From assembly GCA_029762535.1 (NCBI GenBank), contig JARVGK010000044.1:1-21318 (forward strand): a stretch of DNA of 21,318 nucleotides. Reading direction: 5' to 3'. This stretch comes from Thermoplasmatota archaeon. GTDB taxonomy: Archaea; Thermoplasmatota; Penumbrarchaeia; Penumbrarchaeales; Penumbrarchaeaceae. Positions 17,176 through 21,318 of the stretch are shown piece by piece (positions within the stretch are counted from its first letter, which is position 1; each line of letters starts with the position of its first letter). Position numbers and translations under genes: made by a program. The notes beneath the pieces are model-generated. The model was not told where the DNA came from and did not search any database. It saw only the letters and a list, made by a program, of their open reading frames with translations.

Positions 17176-17838
17176 TCATCGGTCCAATCCATCGAGAACA
17201 CCTATGACACCATCAAGCAATAGCTCATGTGTATTCTCGAGAAGGATATCCGGGCCTTCCTCTTTCAGAACTTGTGGGCCTCTTATACCGTTCGAGATCC
17301 CGATCGTGAACATGCCCAGCTCCTTTCCGGACCTTATATCCGTGTCCGTATCGGTTATGATCACATGCCCCTTACCGTTGTAATCCAGGTAGCTTCCCAT
17401 CAGATCGTGCTTGATCCTCCACCTGGGGATCTTCTCCTCCCCCGTGGAGAGAACATCGAAGAACATATCGGCGATCTTGAGATGGTCCAGCTGCCAAAGC
17501 AGGTTCGCCCTGTTCCACCTGAGGGTCGCAAGGACGTTCCCCGGACGTTCCCTCAGCGCCTTAAGAACCTCAAACGCCCCTTCCTGAAGCCGGTCATGGA
17601 GGAGGTATTCCCTCTCCTCGATGATCTCCTGCCTCCTCCTTCGGTATTCGGTAACGATATCAGAGGATCCAAGCTTTTCAAGGACATCGGATTCGAGCAT
17701 ACCAAGCCTCTTCATCGCCCAGTATTCATCCTTTTTGAACGATGGTCTTCCGTACTCGGCCATTATATCACGATGTATGAGCCAATACCTCTCGGAAACG
17801 TCAAGGATCGGGCCGTCGTAGTCCCAGAACACGGTCAG
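17176..17838 (-). CDS. HAD-superfamily hydrolase (phosphatase)
   Basis: Motif I FWDYDG, motif II ATLR, motif IV TDTDTD..SG, GISNG. ORF-track start is the GTG at 17832; the CTG at 17838 is proposed. Confidence 0.9.
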   Translation of the reverse strand: MTVFWDYDGPILDVSERYWLIHRDIMAEYGRPSFKKDEYWAMKRLGMLESDVLEKLGSSDIVTEYRRRRQEIIEEREYLLHDRLQEGAFEVLKALRERPGNVLATLRWNRANLLWQLDHLKIADMFFDVLSTGEEKIPRWRIKHDLMGSYLDYNGKGHVIITDTDTDIRSGKELGMFTIGISNGIRGPQVLKEEGPDILLENTHELLLDGVIGVLDGLDR

Positions 17839-18524
17839 TGCGATACCCCCATGGAGAAGGCCATGTCCCTCAATCCCTCGTGAACAGGCCTCTCGTCATC
17901 CTCCAACTTCACATCGTAAGATGTGCAAACGGACCTGACCAGCTCGTCCATCCGGCGGTTGTCAACGACAACCCCCTCGATCCTGTGAATGCCTTTATCA
18001 TTCAGAAGGCCGGGTATCATCAGGGATAGGTCCCTAACGTGAAGATATTCCTTCGACCCTTCCCTCAATTCCAGGTCCTCTCCCGCCAGATATTTCCTGA
18101 ACAGCCTCGGAACGAGCTTGTCATGCGTATCCCCGGCCCCGAAGACCGAGGGGCATCTAATGACCAGATTGTCCGGATCCCTCAGGACGATCCTCTCGGC
18201 CTCGATCTTGGACCTTGCATACGGGGACAGGTCATCGCTCTCGACGTCAGTGGACGAGAGCAGTATCATCTTCGACCCGGAGTATAGGTCCATGACGTTC
18301 TTTGTACCATCCACGTTGACCTCGAACAGTTCGGGCGTGTCCCAGTATCTCCTGTCCACCAGGGATGCCATGTGCAGCACCGCATCGAAAGGCCCCTCAT
18401 CGAAGGTGGATACGTCCCTCACATCCCCGGAGAACTCGGTCACCTCATGGCCGGAGGCCTTCAAGGCCCCGACCACGTGCGGACCGATGAAACCTATGGT
18501 GCCCGTGCAGAGTATCCTCATCAT
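17835..18524 (-). CDS. NAD(P)-dependent epimerase/dehydratase/reductase (extended SDR, short form)
   Basis: ILCTGTIGFIG, VLHMAS, NVDGT, LSST, YARSK. ATG at 18524 overlaps the upstream TGA; 229 aa. Confidence 0.9.
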   Translation of the reverse strand: MMRILCTGTIGFIGPHVVGALKASGHEVTEFSGDVRDVSTFDEGPFDAVLHMASLVDRRYWDTPELFEVNVDGTKNVMDLYSGSKMILLSSTDVESDDLSPYARSKIEAERIVLRDPDNLVIRCPSVFGAGDTHDKLVPRLFRKYLAGEDLELREGSKEYLHVRDLSLMIPGLLNDKGIHRIEGVVVDNRRMDELVRSVCTSYDVKLEDDERPVHEGLRDMAFSMGVSH

Positions 18525-19603
18525 AATTCCTTCATCAGGCCCTCGTATTCGGCGACCTTGGCCTCTATCTCGCTTTTGTGTATCAGGACCGGGATCACGT
18601 CTATTCCCCTTATCCAGTGCATGTCCTTCTGGCAGGGGTTCATGACGCCGAATGGACCGTCGTACTCGCCGAAAGCGAGCTGTACGAGTATCTGCGGCAT
18701 GTTGCATCCTGTCCTAGTGATGAAGTGATGCGTGGTGAAGAACTTGGCGATGTTTATCTCGGTCGGATTGGGGAAACCCTCCCTGTCGTAAGTGAAATCC
18801 ACGCTGAAGATCCCGTGGGGCTTTTTATCCGCCGATCCTATGCATTTAATGGACAGCTCGTCCAGGAGGGGATCGGATATCGTTGTCCCGGTCCCCGTCA
18901 ATCCGGTGACGCCGGATTGCGCTCTGTTCGAGAATGCCCAGTACTCCCTCTTCCTGCCCTGGGCGACAACAAGCTCCCCTTCATACCATATGGACTGCCA
19001 TGTGGTGGTGTCCGAGGTGAGATGCTCCGCCGCCACGGTCCTGCCCCAGGCGTTCCTCGAATTTATGTGGGCCAGCGCCATCTCGTAAGTGGGTCTGGAC
19101 AGGGATCCCTTCCCCGCGGCTCCGACCGTTTCTCTGATCCAGATGTCCTCACCGAACCGCTCGAAGGCACGCTTCAGGTCCTCTTCGTTGTTTATGTCCA
19201 TGTTCTCGGGGACCTTCAATCCGGCATTTTTCCAAACATAATAGGACCTCGACTTGTCCCTGAGGAGCTCGATCGTATCCTGATCAGGCATGAACAGCCT
19301 GCATCCGGTCTCCATTATCTCTTTTCGGTGTTTCCCTATGACGTAGGCCTCTATCTCGGGCTGGGAATGGAGGAAGTCGATCCCTTCTTTTTCTATGACG
19401 TGCTTTATGAACGGAATGTAGTTGGGATCGTCCGCCCTCGGACAAAGATATGTTCTATCCACCTCCGAGCGGTGTATATTGTAGCGGTCGCAGTCCGTCC
19501 CCACGATATAGTATTCCTCTTTTTTGGGATCCGCATCCCTCAGGCTTCTGGTGAAGCTCAGGGTGGATGGGCCCCCGCTCGCCGTCGTCAGGATCCGCTT
19601 CAT
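18521..19603 (-). CDS. ATP-grasp protein (CarB/PylC-like carboxylate-amine ligase family)
   Basis: Pre-ATP-grasp domain (ILTTASGG, IVGTD, PRADDPNYI), DK, Gly loop GAAGKGS, FSVDF, PTEIN. Confidence 0.85.
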   Translation of the reverse strand: MKRILTTASGGPSTLSFTRSLRDADPKKEEYYIVGTDCDRYNIHRSEVDRTYLCPRADDPNYIPFIKHVIEKEGIDFLHSQPEIEAYVIGKHRKEIMETGCRLFMPDQDTIELLRDKSRSYYVWKNAGLKVPENMDINNEEDLKRAFERFGEDIWIRETVGAAGKGSLSRPTYEMALAHINSRNAWGRTVAAEHLTSDTTTWQSIWYEGELVVAQGRKREYWAFSNRAQSGVTGLTGTGTTISDPLLDELSIKCIGSADKKPHGIFSVDFTYDREGFPNPTEINIAKFFTTHHFITRTGCNMPQILVQLAFGEYDGPFGVMNPCQKDMHWIRGIDVIPVLIHKSEIEAKVAEYEGLMKEL

Positions 19604-19688
19604 GTTGATCGCCCTTTAATATGGCCGGAGGCTATAAAAACTATCCTGAAAGGGAAAATTCAATGAACAGGATGCTTCATGGTGTCAT

Positions 19689-20183
19689 ATGGCCCAGGAC
19701 CGATGCGATATGAGCCCCATAGGGATCGTTCACACGCCTTTTACCGATACCGCAGAGATGCCGATCCAATCGGTCGGGGGATCGGACATCGAGGGTAACG
19801 TGGAGGTCTTCGAGGAGTACGCCCTGGGATTGAAGGACCTCGGGGATTTCTCCCACATCATCCTGATCTATCATTTCCACAGGTCAGAAGGATACGATAT
19901 CCTGGTCAAGCCCTTCCTGGACACGGAGGTCCGGGGGCTCTTCTCGACAAGGGCCCCGAGAAGGCCCAATCCCATAGGGATCTCCGTCGTGGAACTGCTC
20001 GGTATCGAGGGGAACGTGATGCGCATAAAGGGAGTGGACATGCTCGACGGCACCCCTCTTCTGGACATCAAACCCTACGTCCCGGATTTCGACCGGAGGG
20101 AGGTCCACAGGATCGGATGGCTCGAGGGAAAGGCGGACAGGGCGAGGGAGATAAGGTCTGATGATAGGTTCTCCGGAAAATGA
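19689..20183 (+). CDS. trmO: tRNA t6A37 N6-methyltransferase TrmO/TsaA
   Basis: PIGIVHTPF, FSHIILIYHFH, GLFSTRAPRRPNPIGIS, GVDMLDGTPLLDIKPY. Confidence 0.93.
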   Translation: MAQDRCDMSPIGIVHTPFTDTAEMPIQSVGGSDIEGNVEVFEEYALGLKDLGDFSHIILIYHFHRSEGYDILVKPFLDTEVRGLFSTRAPRRPNPIGISVVELLGIEGNVMRIKGVDMLDGTPLLDIKPYVPDFDRREVHRIGWLEGKADRAREIRSDDRFSGK

Positions 20184-20191
20184 TATGAGAT

Positions 20192-20214
20192 TAATAACGT
20201 TAAAATAGTTATTA
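20192..20214. promoter_or_regulatory. Inverted repeat enclosing the TATA box of the DUF6293-like gene
   Basis: TAATAAC-GTTAAAATA-GTTATTA. The ATG is about 23 nt after the box and has no SD (leaderless-like). Confidence 0.55.
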
Positions 20215-20229
20215 TGTCTTTACGTCCTC

Positions 20230-20979
20230 ATGAACCTGCGCATCGTGGTTTCCTGCGTTACGTTCGAGGTCGCCAAGGTGATCTCGCCGATAAAACATTA
20301 CAGGGCCGATAAGGCGATCCTTCTCCACTGGGGGGAAAGGGAGCCTTACACCAGGTTCCTCTCCGAGATAGTGAGGCTGCTCAAGAGGGCCGGGATCGAA
20401 TACGACAAGAGGGACATCAACATCATGGAGTTCCCGATCGTGATGAGAGAGGTCCGCTCTATAATAGTCGGGGCGAAGGGGAGAGGGGATCACGTTTACG
20501 TGAACATAGGCGCTGGGCCGCAGGTGTTCTCCTCCGCGGCAATGGTCGCGTGCATGATGGAGGGGGGGATCCCGTTCAACGCCCCGACGGAGGAGTTCAC
20601 CGTTGGGTACGACAAATTCTTCGAGAATGAAAAACCCGTGGGGATCGCCAGAAAGGTCAGGGACCCCAGGGAGATCCCCGTGTTCAGGATGGATCCCCCG
20701 GATGGGGATCTGGTCCGGGGACTGGCGATCTTCAAGGACGTGACAGAAAGATACAGGGTCCGTCCCACGAGACACGTCATGGAGGCACTCAAAGAGGCGG
20801 GAATGCTTGATGATATCTATCTTGAGGGCGCAAGGAAGAAGATCTCCCAGGGGGCGCTGATGAGGTTCCGGAGGAACTTTTTGGAGAAATGGGAGCGGGA
20901 GAACTGGATCGTCTGCGACGGGAGGGGGAAATACTCCCTTACCGATCAGGGGCTGATGATGCTTCAGATCTTCGGGTGA
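20230..20979 (+). CDS. DUF6293-like regulator (CARF-like Rossmann domain + C-terminal wHTH)
   Basis: RIVVSCVTFE..., ADKAILLH, VYVNIGAGPQVFSSAAMVA (CARF motif-II-like); C-terminal KYSLTDQG wing. Confidence 0.72.
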   Translation: MNLRIVVSCVTFEVAKVISPIKHYRADKAILLHWGEREPYTRFLSEIVRLLKRAGIEYDKRDINIMEFPIVMREVRSIIVGAKGRGDHVYVNIGAGPQVFSSAAMVACMMEGGIPFNAPTEEFTVGYDKFFENEKPVGIARKVRDPREIPVFRMDPPDGDLVRGLAIFKDVTERYRVRPTRHVMEALKEAGMLDDIYLEGARKKISQGALMRFRRNFLEKWERENWIVCDGRGKYSLTDQGLMMLQIFG

Positions 20980-21318
20980 GGGGGGGATCCTCCATCATTA
21001 TTTCGTATGAGGAACCGTTGCCTCTACCACTAACAGTAATGTAATCTTTACATTTCAATTTGTTCAAGGCATCTGTAAGCGTTTTGTTATCCAAACCCGT
21101 GCTTTCTCTCAGGTCCCTTCTCTTTGATCCAGGGTTGTCCAATATCCATCTCAGAACGGTGTAACTGATCGGATCCAATCCCATTCTGTTTGCCTCCATC
21201 GAATTATCTACGGGGGCAAAACAGCATTGATTCCCATCCTTCCTTGAAGTAATAAGATCGTATCTGATCAGAATATCCAAATGATATCGGAGAGTGCCTC
21301 TATTCAATTTCAAAACCC
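20939..21318 (-). CDS. Winged-HTH protein with tandem HTHs, 3' part only (start beyond window)
   Basis: LNRGTLRYHLDILIRYDLI and ILDNPG..RRDLRESTGLDNKTLTDALNKL. Frame open to the window end. Confidence 0.8.
   Translation of the reverse strand, partial: VLKLNRGTLRYHLDILIRYDLITSRKDGNQCCFAPVDNSMEANRMGLDPISYTVLRWILDNPGSKRRDLRESTGLDNKTLTDALNKLKCKDYITVSGRGNGSSYEIMMEDPPLTRRSEASSAPDR

Noticed and set aside
18521-19603. ATP-grasp as carB or pylC (pyrrolysine system)
   Set aside because: Far too short for CarB. No pylB/D/S/T neighbours and no evidence of in-frame UAG read-through in this window.
18578-19666. 362-aa plus-strand ORF antisense to the ATP-grasp gene
   Set aside because: Shadow ORF with no motifs. 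The same applies to 17227-17883, 11145-11795, 7664-8392, 5076-5795 and the other nested antisense ORFs.

Overview
Archaeal chromosomal segment, roughly 55% GC. It has archaeal aIF5B, Zn-ribbon aMBF1, NadX, TATA-type promoters and GGAGG/GGGGGT SD sites; a Thermoplasmatota-like origin is inferred from gene content. Housekeeping genes: trmI, nadX, family-4 UDG, a GT2, mbf1, infB and trmO. These are interleaved with uncharacterised loci: (i) a ~1050-aa NLR-like STAND protein with three tandem winged-HTHs, an NB-ARC-type NTPase (intact Walker A/B, GxP, MHD) and TPRs, which probably starts at a CUG; (ii) a translationally coupled ATP-grasp / short SDR / HAD operon; (iii) a coupled pair of large cytoplasmic unknowns (beta-sandwich-rich 790 aa and HEAT-like 363 aa); (iv) a GC-rich structured intergenic element that may be an ncRNA; (v) a 45-aa ORF missed by the ORF track; (vi) a stand-alone CARF-like/wHTH regulator with a palindrome around its TATA box, followed by an AT-richer wHTH gene at the window end. 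No rRNA, canonical tRNA, CRISPR array or transposase was seen. All family calls come from reading motifs by eye; no searches were run.
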